A stretch of 10,819 nt of DNA, from positions 1 through 10,819 of the forward strand of contig JANOQV010000262.1 of assembly GCA_031414955.1 (NCBI GenBank), in the 5' to 3' direction. The notes under the pieces are model-generated. The model was not told the DNA's origin, searched no databases, and saw only the letters and a program-made list of their open reading frames with translations. Of this stretch, positions 1 to 6,873 are shown one piece after another (position 1 is the stretch's first letter; each line of letters starts with the position of its first letter). A program made the position numbers and the translations under genes. Source of the DNA: Pedosphaera sp. (lineage in GTDB: Bacteria > Verrucomicrobiota > Verrucomicrobiia > Limisphaerales > SIBH01).

Positions 1-74
1 TCGGGACTTGCGCGGTGCCGGGCTTGATCCCGGCGTTGAAACGCCGGGCTATTCTCGGGCGTCCCTCCGGGACG
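1..74 (+). repeat. Palindromic repeat family A, copy 1 (probably cut by the left window edge)
   Basis: TCGGGACTTG (1-10), hairpin CCCGGCGT-TGAA-ACGCCGGG (29-48), CTA, then hairpin CGTCCC-TCC-GGGACG (60-74). The same blocks recur inverted at 1647-1719. Confidence 0.85.
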
Positions 75-110
75 AAGGCGGAGGCTGACGCGGCTCCGAA
101 CACCGTCCCC

Positions 111-218
111 GGAGTGGGCCCGGCCCGGGCGCAGCGACATCCGCCCGCCAAGACGCGTCCGAATTCACCGGACGCCTCTCCACGCAGCACGTTGCTGCGC
201 CCGAGACGGGCGCACTCC
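111..218 (+). repeat. REP doublet (REPIN-like) family B, copy 1
   Basis: Two inverted REP arms of consensus GGAG-TGCGCCCG-(3-4 nt)-CGGGCGCA-GCRAC, separated by a 52-nt spacer (139-190). Colinear with 1534-1642, 1797-1906 and 2644-2751. Confidence 0.9.
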
Positions 219-234
219 GCGCGGAAACCGGCGC

Positions 235-263
235 TTGCGGAAGGGAGCGCGTTGCGGTTCAAT
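235..263 (+). promoter_or_regulatory. Possible sigma70-like promoter for the protease gene
   Basis: TTGCGG (235-240), 17-nt spacer, TTCAAT (258-263), upstream of ATG 278 and ATG 362. Only a partial consensus match. Confidence 0.3.
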
Positions 264-361
264 CAGGTTGTTCCGCAATGAAACTGTTCACCATGCCAGC
301 CAGCCTGGCGGAAAAGCCGGTTCGCCGGTGGTTCTGGTCCTGCACTGCCCCCTTGGTCTTG

Positions 362-1522
362 ATGAAGCCAAACGCCAAGCGCCGGGGTTTCCCCAGAACG
401 GTTCAGGCCGTCAGCGTCCTGACGGCGCTCGCGGTTTTTGTGGGGGCGGGCCAGGCGGCCTGGATGAAGACCGCCAATTACAATGATCCGGTCATCCGCC
501 AGCAGCATTTTGATTTGGGTTTGTCGTATGCCGGGACGGTGGTGCATTTGATGTTGGGGAACAGATGGAAGGGCTCTGCTGTCGTGATCAACAATCCCCG
601 GTGCATTGCGATGGCCGCGCATCAGTTTGAAGAGGCTGGAGCCTTCTTGGACCCGACGGTAGACGATCTCTACATTCGCACCGGACCCAATTACCTGACC
701 AATGCCGGTAGCTCGGTGCGAATCTCTCAAATCATCCGGCATCCTTCCCGCACGGCTCCGGGAGTGGGGACAGACTCTGTCATTGCCATTCTGGAAGCTG
801 ATCTACCGGGGGCGATTCCTGCTACGATAGCGACCATTCAGCCTGCGGTTAGTGAGGTATTGGACATAGTTGGATTTGGGAACCAGGGAACCGCTAGTTT
901 CGCTTCATGGGGTTACATTATTCCGACGAGTGGCGACATCATTGGCGGGAAAGCGCCAGTCCGTACCGTTGATAGTGGAGATATTAACACGCGATTTGTA
1001 GCCAACTCCACCCAGCCACTTATTTTTAATGCTACGCCGGGTGACTCTGGCGGGGGACTTTTTAATGCCCAAAGACAACTTTGTGGGACGTTAAGCTGGA
1101 TTTCAGCTCTTACTGCCAATGTAGATACCCATTCAGTCAATTTGATTTCCATCTCTCCCTGGATTCAGCAAGTCACCGCGCCCTACAATGTTCCTCCCAC
1201 CTTGCACCTGCAAAGGAATGGCGGGCAAGTGACTCTCACCGCCTTCAACGCCCCCATCTCGCAGGAGGCCGGCCAGTGGATCGCGCAAAAATCCACCAAC
1301 CTGGTCGATTGGACCGATACCGTGGAGCAGTTCGTCTGGAACAAATGCGTGGTTGCCACCAGCCAGCCCCACGAGTTTTACAAGCTGCTGTGGGTGCCCG
1401 TCTCGCCCGCCGTGCAACAGTTGAAGACGACCCAAGCCCGGCAGTCCGAGGCCAATTTGCCGAAGACTCCCACCATCGTTCGGCCGCCCGGGAACAACTT
1501 ATTGCTGCCCCCGAAGCAGTGA
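362..1522 (+). CDS. Secreted chymotrypsin/trypsin-like (S1, PA clan) serine protease with a C-terminal putative sorting domain (alternative start 278)
   Basis: Triad motifs in the correct order: MAAH (His 620-622), TDSVIAIL (Asp 773-775), GDSGG (Ser 1046-1048). ATG 362 gives a signal-peptide-like N-terminus MKPNAKRRGFPRTVQAVSVLTALAVFVGAGQAA. The C-terminal region contains STNLVDW...FYKL. Confidence 0.88.
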   Translation: MKPNAKRRGFPRTVQAVSVLTALAVFVGAGQAAWMKTANYNDPVIRQQHFDLGLSYAGTVVHLMLGNRWKGSAVVINNPRCIAMAAHQFEEAGAFLDPTVDDLYIRTGPNYLTNAGSSVRISQIIRHPSRTAPGVGTDSVIAILEADLPGAIPATIATIQPAVSEVLDIVGFGNQGTASFASWGYIIPTSGDIIGGKAPVRTVDSGDINTRFVANSTQPLIFNATPGDSGGGLFNAQRQLCGTLSWISALTANVDTHSVNLISISPWIQQVTAPYNVPPTLHLQRNGGQVTLTAFNAPISQEAGQWIAQKSTNLVDWTDTVEQFVWNKCVVATSQPHEFYKLLWVPVSPAVQQLKTTQARQSEANLPKTPTIVRPPGNNLLLPPKQ

Positions 1523-1533
1523 CCGCCTGCCCC

Positions 1534-1642
1534 GGTGTGCGCCCGTCCCGGGCGAAGCGACATCCGTCCGCAGGGACGCGTAAGAATCCACCAAACGCCT
1601 CTCCACGCATCACGCCGCTGCGCCCGAGGACGGGCGCACTCC
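1534..1642 (+). repeat. REP doublet (REPIN-like) family B, copy 2
   Basis: GGTGTGCGCCCGTCCCGGGCGAAGCGAC, 52-nt spacer (1562-1613), GCCGCTGCGCCCGAGGACGGGCGCACTCC. Starts 11 nt after the protease stop codon and is slightly degenerate. Confidence 0.9.
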
Positions 1643-1646
1643 GCCG

Positions 1647-1719
1647 CGTCCCGGAGGGACGACCGAAAATAGCCCGGCACTTCAGTGCCGGGTTCACGGG
1701 CCAGGGGAACAAGTCCCGA
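1647..1719 (-). repeat. Palindromic repeat family A, copy 2 (inverted relative to copy 1)
   Basis: The reverse complement reads TCGGGACTTG-N17-CCCGGCAC-TGAA-GTGCCGGG-CTA-TTTTCGGT-CGTCCCTCCGGGACG, matching 1-74 block by block. Confidence 0.85.
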
Positions 1720-1796
1720 AGGAATGGCTCAAACGGCTGAAACGGCGGCGTGTGGGCAATGGTTTTTCCGGACGCGCCGATGGGCCGCAAGCCCCC

Positions 1797-1906
1797 GGAG
1801 TGCGCCCGTCCCCGGGCGCAGCGACATCCGCACGCAAGGACGCGCAAGGATTTACCAGACGCCGCTCCCCGCAGCACGTTGCTGCGCCCGAGGACGAGCG
1901 CACTCC
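1797..1906 (+). repeat. REP doublet (REPIN-like) family B, copy 3, upstream of the RAYT
   Basis: GGAG-TGCGCCCG-TCCC-CGGGCGCA-GCGAC, 52-nt spacer (1826-1877), GTTGCTGCGCCCGAGGACGAGCGCACTCC. Ends 40 nt before ATG 1947. Confidence 0.92.
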
Positions 1907-1946
1907 GAACTTGTCAGCACCCGTGCCTTGGCTTCTCCTTTTCGCG

Positions 1947-2642
1947 ATGAAACCCAAGCGTTTGCCCAGCCCGCCGCACAATCCTGGCGTGCGCGATCTC
2001 GTGGCGGGCAAGCGCGCGGGTTCGCACCCGCTTCCGCAGGACGATATCGAACGCGGGTTTCTTGGCTGGCACGAGAACGGTTATCTGCCGCACCGCGACG
2101 AACCCGGCCTCATCCAGTTCGTCACGTTCCGACTCGCTGACGCTTTCCCGGTGGAACTGCGCTCGGAATGGGAGGCGCTGTTGAAAATTGAAGATGACCG
2201 AAAGCGGCGCGTGGAGTTGGAGACGTATCTCGATCAGGGACGGGGCGAGTGTCATTTGCGGCGCGCGGACCTTGCGGCGCTGGTCGAAGACTCGCTGCGG
2301 TTTCGTCACGGTGTGCTATACGACCTGCGCGCCTGGGTGATCATGCCGAACCATGTGCATCTGCTTTTCCAAGTGCAGGACGTGCCCATGTCGCAACTGC
2401 TGGATGCGTGGAAGGGCTACACGGCGAAGGCGGCGAACAAGATTCTCGGACGCCAGGGACAGTTCTGGCAGGAAGGCTATTGGGACACCTACATGCGGGA
2501 CGGCGAACACGAGTCGAAGGCGCGACGCTACCTCGAGAACAACCCCACGAATGCGAAACTTGTCGCAAAGCCGAAGGACTGGCCGTGGAGCAGCGCGCGT
2601 TTCCGGGACGAGTACGAACGGCTATGCCTGCCGGCGAAATGA
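1947..2642 (+). CDS. rayT: REP-associated tyrosine transposase (RAYT / TnpA-REP; IS200-like HUH Y1 transposase)
   Basis: FVTFRL, HUH motif VIMPNHVH (His 2352 and 2358), FWQEGYWD, putative catalytic Tyr in YLENNP (2529-2531) and C-terminal DWPWSS. REP doublets flank both sides. The longer ORF start (1752) reads through a repeat, so ATG 1947 is preferred. Confidence 0.93.
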   Translation: MKPKRLPSPPHNPGVRDLVAGKRAGSHPLPQDDIERGFLGWHENGYLPHRDEPGLIQFVTFRLADAFPVELRSEWEALLKIEDDRKRRVELETYLDQGRGECHLRRADLAALVEDSLRFRHGVLYDLRAWVIMPNHVHLLFQVQDVPMSQLLDAWKGYTAKAANKILGRQGQFWQEGYWDTYMRDGEHESKARRYLENNPTNAKLVAKPKDWPWSSARFRDEYERLCLPAK

Positions 2643-2643
2643 C

Positions 2644-2751
2644 GGAGTGCGCCCGTCCCGGGCGCAGCGACATCCGCCTGCCGGGACGCGCAAGAATTAA
2701 CCAGACGCCTCACCAGTCATCCCGTTGCTGCGCCCGAGACGGGCGCACTCC
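2644..2751 (+). repeat. REP doublet (REPIN-like) family B, copy 4, immediately downstream of the RAYT
   Basis: Begins 1 nt after the RAYT TGA. GGAGTGCGCCCGTCCCGGGCGCAGCGAC, 52-nt spacer (2672-2723), GTTGCTGCGCCCGAGACGGGCGCACTCC. Confidence 0.92.
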
Positions 2752-3282
2752 GTAGGCAGCAACCCGCGCCTGCTCACCGTCACCCAGCCGGGTCCGACGG
2801 TGGCGGCGTTGTTCGCGGCGGGTCCGGCGGGTTTTCTGGTGATTACGAATCAGCCGTCGCATCGCGTGGTGTCGGCGGGCGGGAGTTTCACTTTGAGCGT
2901 GGGCGCGGGCGGCACCGGGCCGTTGCTGTATCAATGGCGGCGGAATGGAGCGGCGCTCCCGGAGGCGACGAACGCCACGCTGGACATCAGCAACGCATCG
3001 GGTGCGCAGGCGGGCGCGTATGACGTGGTGGTGACGGGGCCGGATGGAACGGTGGTGAGCGAGCAGGCGTCGGTGCTGGTGACGGTGTTCGACGTGCGGC
3101 CGGTGGTGTCGTTGCTGGGCGCGGCGGGCACGGGCTTCCGGGTGGATTACACGGATGATCTCGATAGCGGGCCGTGGCTGTTGCTGACGAACGGCGTGCT
3201 GTCGGCGGAGCGGCAGGACGTGATTGATTTCACGAGCACGAACCGGGCGCGGCGATTTTATCGGACGGTGGTGGAGCCGTAA
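2752..3282 (+). pseudogene. 5'-truncated extracellular protein: Ig-like domain plus C-terminal putative sorting domain
   Basis: Ig-like pattern ITNQP...FTLSV...GPLLYQWRRNGAALPEATNATLDI...AGAYDVVV, and C-terminus YTDDLDSGPW...RRFYR. No signal peptide or ATG; the frame runs back into REP doublet 4. GTG 2800 is a possible but unconvincing start. Confidence 0.7.
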
Positions 3283-3295
3283 GGAGCGACGCGCC

Positions 3296-5608
3296 CTACC
3301 GTTTCTTCTCCATCCCGCGCAGCGCTGACGTCGTCACGATCTCCTCCAGTAGTTTTTGGACGTTGTATCCGGACGCGATGAAAGACTGGCGCAGGCGGTC
3401 GGGCGTGTTCAGGCCGTAGGCCAGCATGGGCTGTTTGACCACTTGGTGAAAGAGCTGCTCGATGAAGGCGTTTTGCGCGTGCTCGCTGCCCACGGCGAAC
3501 TCCGCCACGTCGCGCGCGCCGGTCAGCCGCACCGTCTTGCCGTCATCGGTCGTGTACTCGCTCACGGCATTGACCGGGCGGTTGCCGTCTTGGGTGCGGA
3601 AGCGGCCCACCGCGTCGTAATGCTCCAGGCTGAAGCCGAGCGGGTTGATCACGGAGTGACAACCCTGGCAGGCCTGCGGGCGCGTCAGTTCGGCGATTTT
3701 CTCGCGCATGGTCAGGTTGGGCGCGAAGTCGGCGTCCTGAAAGGCCACGGCAGTGGGCGGCGGCTTGAGCGCTCGGCCTACGATGTTGCGCGTGAGAAAG
3801 ACCCCGCGATGAATGGGTGAAGTCGTCTTCTGATAGGAGAAGGCGGCGAGCAGATACGGATGCGTCACCACGCCGGAGCGTTCCTTCGGGTCGAGGCTCA
3901 CCTTCACGAAATCCCCGGCGGCATTCGTTTCCACGCCATAGAACTTCGCCAGCCGATCGTTCACGAACAGATCATCTTCGAGGAGCAGCCGACGATAATC
4001 GGACGATGCGCTCCAGATTACTTCGTCGAGGAAGAGATTCAGCGAGGTGCGCAGGTCCGCGATGATGTCCGGCGTGAACCCGGGGAAGATCTTGTCGTCC
4101 TTCGAGAGCGTCTCCACATGATCCATCTGCAACCAGTGATGCAGGAAGGCGCGCACCTTGGATCGCGTCCGCGCATCGCCCAGCATTCGGGTGGCCTGGC
4201 GCTTCACCTGATCGGGGGTGTGCAATTCCTTCTTCGCCGCCGCGGTCAGCAATTCCTTGTCCGGCATCGAGTCCCACAGTCCGAAGGACAGCCGCGTCGC
4301 CACTTCGAAGTCATCCGGCTTGCTCGCGTCCAGCCCGAGGTAGAGGAAGCGCGGCGACTTCAAGGCCAGCAGCACGACGCGCTTGGCCGAGTCCTCAAGC
4401 TTGATGGATTTCTTGAACTGGCTGGCGACGAAAATTTTGTATTGATCGGCCGTAAGCGGACGCCGGAACGCCGCCGCGACAAACTCACCCAGGAATTTCT
4501 CCGCCTTGGCTGCGCGATTGGTCGCGCCTGCCTTGGTGCCGGTGAGTCGGTCCAGATTCTTCGCCACATGATTGGCCGCCCCGATGGCCGCCTGGGTCGC
4601 CGCCTCGTCCCAGGCCTTAGAGACCGACACGCCGCGCTCGTAACCCACGCTGCTGTCATCGGCCGGGAACGGTGTCGTGACCACGTAGGTCGGCGAGACG
4701 CGGGCGGGCGAGAGTTGGCGCGCGGGGATGGATTCCCTCACGCCGTGCGGCGGCGTCCAGAGCAGTTCGACCGAGGCCCGCTTGTCTTTGGCCGCCTTGG
4801 AAAACTCCAGCCGCAACGGATAGGCCCGCCCGCCCAGCAGCCGGAGCACCGCCTTGTGTTCGTCCACCGCGCCCGAGGCCACGCCCGCGTCGATCAGCGG
4901 TTCGTCGTCGTCATTCACCCACAGGCGCGCGCCGTTCGGGGTCTTGATGATGAACTCGTAGTCACCCGATTCCCGGGCCAGGACCGCGCCGCGCCAGGTG
5001 ATGTTGAACGCATTCGTGTTCTTCGCCTCAACGGTGCCGAGCTTCACCGCGTCCGGGTGGTTGGTGTCGAAAAGAAAACTCACCTGCTGGTCGATGCGAT
5101 CAAATGATGATCGGTCGCCGCCGCCCCGGCGGTTGTTGGGCCGGTAATTCCCGTTCAAGCCCCGCTCCGCGCCCGGCCCGGCATCGGCGCCGCTGAATGA
5201 CTTGAGCAGGTCCGCCACGGTGTTGACGTATTGGCGGTTGGTCAGGCGAGAGAGATCGATGCGGGCCGGATGATTTCGCGCCCGGGCCTCGCGGGAGTAG
5301 AAGGCGTCGTTGATGTAACGGGCCACTGCCGCCGCATCCGCGCCCACGCATTTGTCCGGATCGTCTTCCGGCATGTTCTTGTCGATGTAGCGCGTGAGCT
5401 TTTCGATCGACCAGTCGCCGTGCAGCGCGTCGGCGTATTTCTTTTTCACACCTTCGCCGTCCTGGCCGTGGCAACTGGCGCACAGCTCGCGATAGATGGC
5501 ACGCCCTTGCGGCGGGTCGGCCGCGACGATCAGGCGAGGCACCAAGAGCGCCAGGCTCAACAGCCACGCGCCGCCCCGCCAGTTTTTTTGAACTCGAAAC
5601 ATGCTCAC
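3296..5608 (-). CDS. PVC-type c-type cytochrome with PA14 and DUF1587/1595/1592/1588/1585-like (PSD/PSCyt3) domains (start GTG 5608 or ATG 5602)
   Basis: Signal-peptide-like N-terminus; CASCH (5468-5482); RLTNRQYVNTVADLL; PA14-like WRGAVLARESGDYEFIIKTPNGARLWVN; AAFRRP; EVATRLSFGLWDSMPD; TSPIHRG; CQGCHSVINPLGFSLEHYDAVGRFR (CxxCH 3656-3670). Confidence 0.9.
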   Translation of the reverse strand: MSMFRVQKNWRGGAWLLSLALLVPRLIVAADPPQGRAIYRELCASCHGQDGEGVKKKYADALHGDWSIEKLTRYIDKNMPEDDPDKCVGADAAAVARYINDAFYSREARARNHPARIDLSRLTNRQYVNTVADLLKSFSGADAGPGAERGLNGNYRPNNRRGGGDRSSFDRIDQQVSFLFDTNHPDAVKLGTVEAKNTNAFNITWRGAVLARESGDYEFIIKTPNGARLWVNDDDEPLIDAGVASGAVDEHKAVLRLLGGRAYPLRLEFSKAAKDKRASVELLWTPPHGVRESIPARQLSPARVSPTYVVTTPFPADDSSVGYERGVSVSKAWDEAATQAAIGAANHVAKNLDRLTGTKAGATNRAAKAEKFLGEFVAAAFRRPLTADQYKIFVASQFKKSIKLEDSAKRVVLLALKSPRFLYLGLDASKPDDFEVATRLSFGLWDSMPDKELLTAAAKKELHTPDQVKRQATRMLGDARTRSKVRAFLHHWLQMDHVETLSKDDKIFPGFTPDIIADLRTSLNLFLDEVIWSASSDYRRLLLEDDLFVNDRLAKFYGVETNAAGDFVKVSLDPKERSGVVTHPYLLAAFSYQKTTSPIHRGVFLTRNIVGRALKPPPTAVAFQDADFAPNLTMREKIAELTRPQACQGCHSVINPLGFSLEHYDAVGRFRTQDGNRPVNAVSEYTTDDGKTVRLTGARDVAEFAVGSEHAQNAFIEQLFHQVVKQPMLAYGLNTPDRLRQSFIASGYNVQKLLEEIVTTSALRGMEKKR

Positions 5609-5741
5609 GGTTTAAGGAAAGCCCGCGCCAAGACAGTTCCACTCGGCGGGCGGGACGCAACCTTGACGGCTGCGGCACGCCGACTATTCGACGCGCGACC
5701 GGGCGCCGTCCTGACACCGCACGGATGCTCACACCGCAGGA

Positions 5742-5771
5742 TTGCCCGTTCCTGGCTCCCATCCTTATCCT
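5742..5771 (+). promoter_or_regulatory. Putative sigma70-like promoter giving a leaderless or near-leaderless aroB mRNA
   Basis: TTGCCC (5742-5747), 18-nt spacer, TATCCT (5766-5771), then 7 nt to ATG 5779. No Shine-Dalgarno sequence. Confidence 0.45.
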
Positions 5772-5778
5772 GCGGCGC

Positions 5779-6873
5779 ATGATGCGCACCGTCACCGTCT
5801 CGCTTGGTCAACGAAGCTATCCGATTCACATCGGCGGCAAGCTCCTGCCCACGCTCGGCGCGGAGTGCCGCAAGCTCGCCCTCGGCGCACGTTGCGCTCT
5901 CATCACCGACCACCACGTCGCGCCGCGCTACGCCGGGGTGGCGGAGAAAAGCCTGCGGGCGGCCGGCTTCGAGCCGGTCCTCATCACCGTGCCGGCGGGC
6001 GAGACGGCCAAGAGCCTCAAGAATGTCCAGCGCTGCTACGACCAGCTCGCGATGCACCGGCTGGAGCGTAAGTCATTCGTGGTCGCGCTGGGCGGCGGCG
6101 TGGTCGGTGATCTTGCGGGCTTCGTGGCCGCGACTTATCTGCGCGGCGTGCCGTTCGTGCAGGTGCCCACGACGCTGCTTGCGCAAGTTGATTCCTCCGT
6201 CGGCGGCAAAGTGGGCGTGAACCTCGCGGCGGGGAAAAATCTCGTCGGTGCGTTCCACCAGCCGCGTCTCGTGCTCTGTGATCTCGACACGCTCCGGACG
6301 CTGCCGCCGCGCGAACTGCGCGCCGGTCTGGCCGAGGTGATTAAATACGGCATCATCTACGACGCGCCGCTCTTCGCGCGGCTGGAGCGCGATTTGCCCA
6401 AGCTGCTCCGGCTCGACCGCGCCGAGCTGGCCGAGGTCGTGGCCCGTTGCTGCGCGATCAAGGCGGAAGTGGTGGGCCAGGACGAGACCGAGACCGGCCT
6501 GCGCGCCATCCTTAATTTCGGCCACACCATCGGCCACGCACTCGAAGCCATTTCGCGCTACGGCAAGTATCTGCACGGCGAGGCCATCGCCATCGGGCAG
6601 GTTGCGGCGGCGGAGCTTTCCTCCGCGCTCATGGGCTTGCCGCCCGCCGACGCCGAGCGCATCGCTGACTTGTTCCGCCACGCCGGTTTGCCGACCAGTG
6701 TGGAATTGAACGCGCGCGCCATGAAAAACCTCTTCGCCGCCATGCGCCTCGACAAGAAAGTCAGCGGCGGCGAAATCAAATTCGTGCTCGCGAAGAAGCT
6801 GGGTGAAGTCGTCTGGGGTCAGCAGGTGCCGGAGGAGTTAATCCGCTCGACTCTCCAACCCAGCCCGGATTAG
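5779..6873 (+). CDS. aroB: 3-dehydroquinate synthase
   Basis: Motifs GETAK, ALGGGVVGDLAGFVAATYLRG, QVPTTLLAQVDSSVGGKVGVN, KNLVGAFHQP, LNFGHTIGHALE, HGEAIAIG and DKK. The typical N-terminus begins at MMRTVTVSLGQRSYPI (ATG 5779 or 5782). Confidence 0.98.
   Translation: MMRTVTVSLGQRSYPIHIGGKLLPTLGAECRKLALGARCALITDHHVAPRYAGVAEKSLRAAGFEPVLITVPAGETAKSLKNVQRCYDQLAMHRLERKSFVVALGGGVVGDLAGFVAATYLRGVPFVQVPTTLLAQVDSSVGGKVGVNLAAGKNLVGAFHQPRLVLCDLDTLRTLPPRELRAGLAEVIKYGIIYDAPLFARLERDLPKLLRLDRAELAEVVARCCAIKAEVVGQDETETGLRAILNFGHTIGHALEAISRYGKYLHGEAIAIGQVAAAELSSALMGLPPADAERIADLFRHAGLPTSVELNARAMKNLFAAMRLDKKVSGGEIKFVLAKKLGEVVWGQQVPEELIRSTLQPSPD

Noticed and set aside
15..281. Recurring peptide AQRHP..TR.N.PDASPR..LLRPR in ORFs crossing the doublets
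   Set aside because: This is translation of the DNA repeat. Copy 4 has an in-frame TAA, and the arm loops carry 1-nt indels.
1752..1946. 65-aa N-terminal extension of the RAYT in the ORF track
   Set aside because: It reads through REP doublet 3; ATG 1947 is the more plausible start.
111..2751. Family B repeats as a CRISPR array or integron attC sites
   Set aside because: The units are inverted doublets with homologous rather than unique spacers, and they are irregularly spaced. There is no cas gene or tyrosine-recombinase integrase in the window, and the adjacent RAYT explains them.
3860..5107. 415-aa plus-strand ORF and the other long antisense or overlapping ORFs
   Set aside because: These are shadow ORFs typical of high-GC DNA, opposite or overlapping well-supported genes, with no recognisable motifs.
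5614..5631. Sigma54-like TTGGCGCGGGCTTTCCT upstream of the cytochrome gene (minus strand)
   Set aside because: The conserved -12 GC is replaced by CC, so support is insufficient.
5714..5738. Direct repeat ACACCGCA twice upstream of aroB
   Set aside because: Only 8 nt in two copies, which is compatible with chance.
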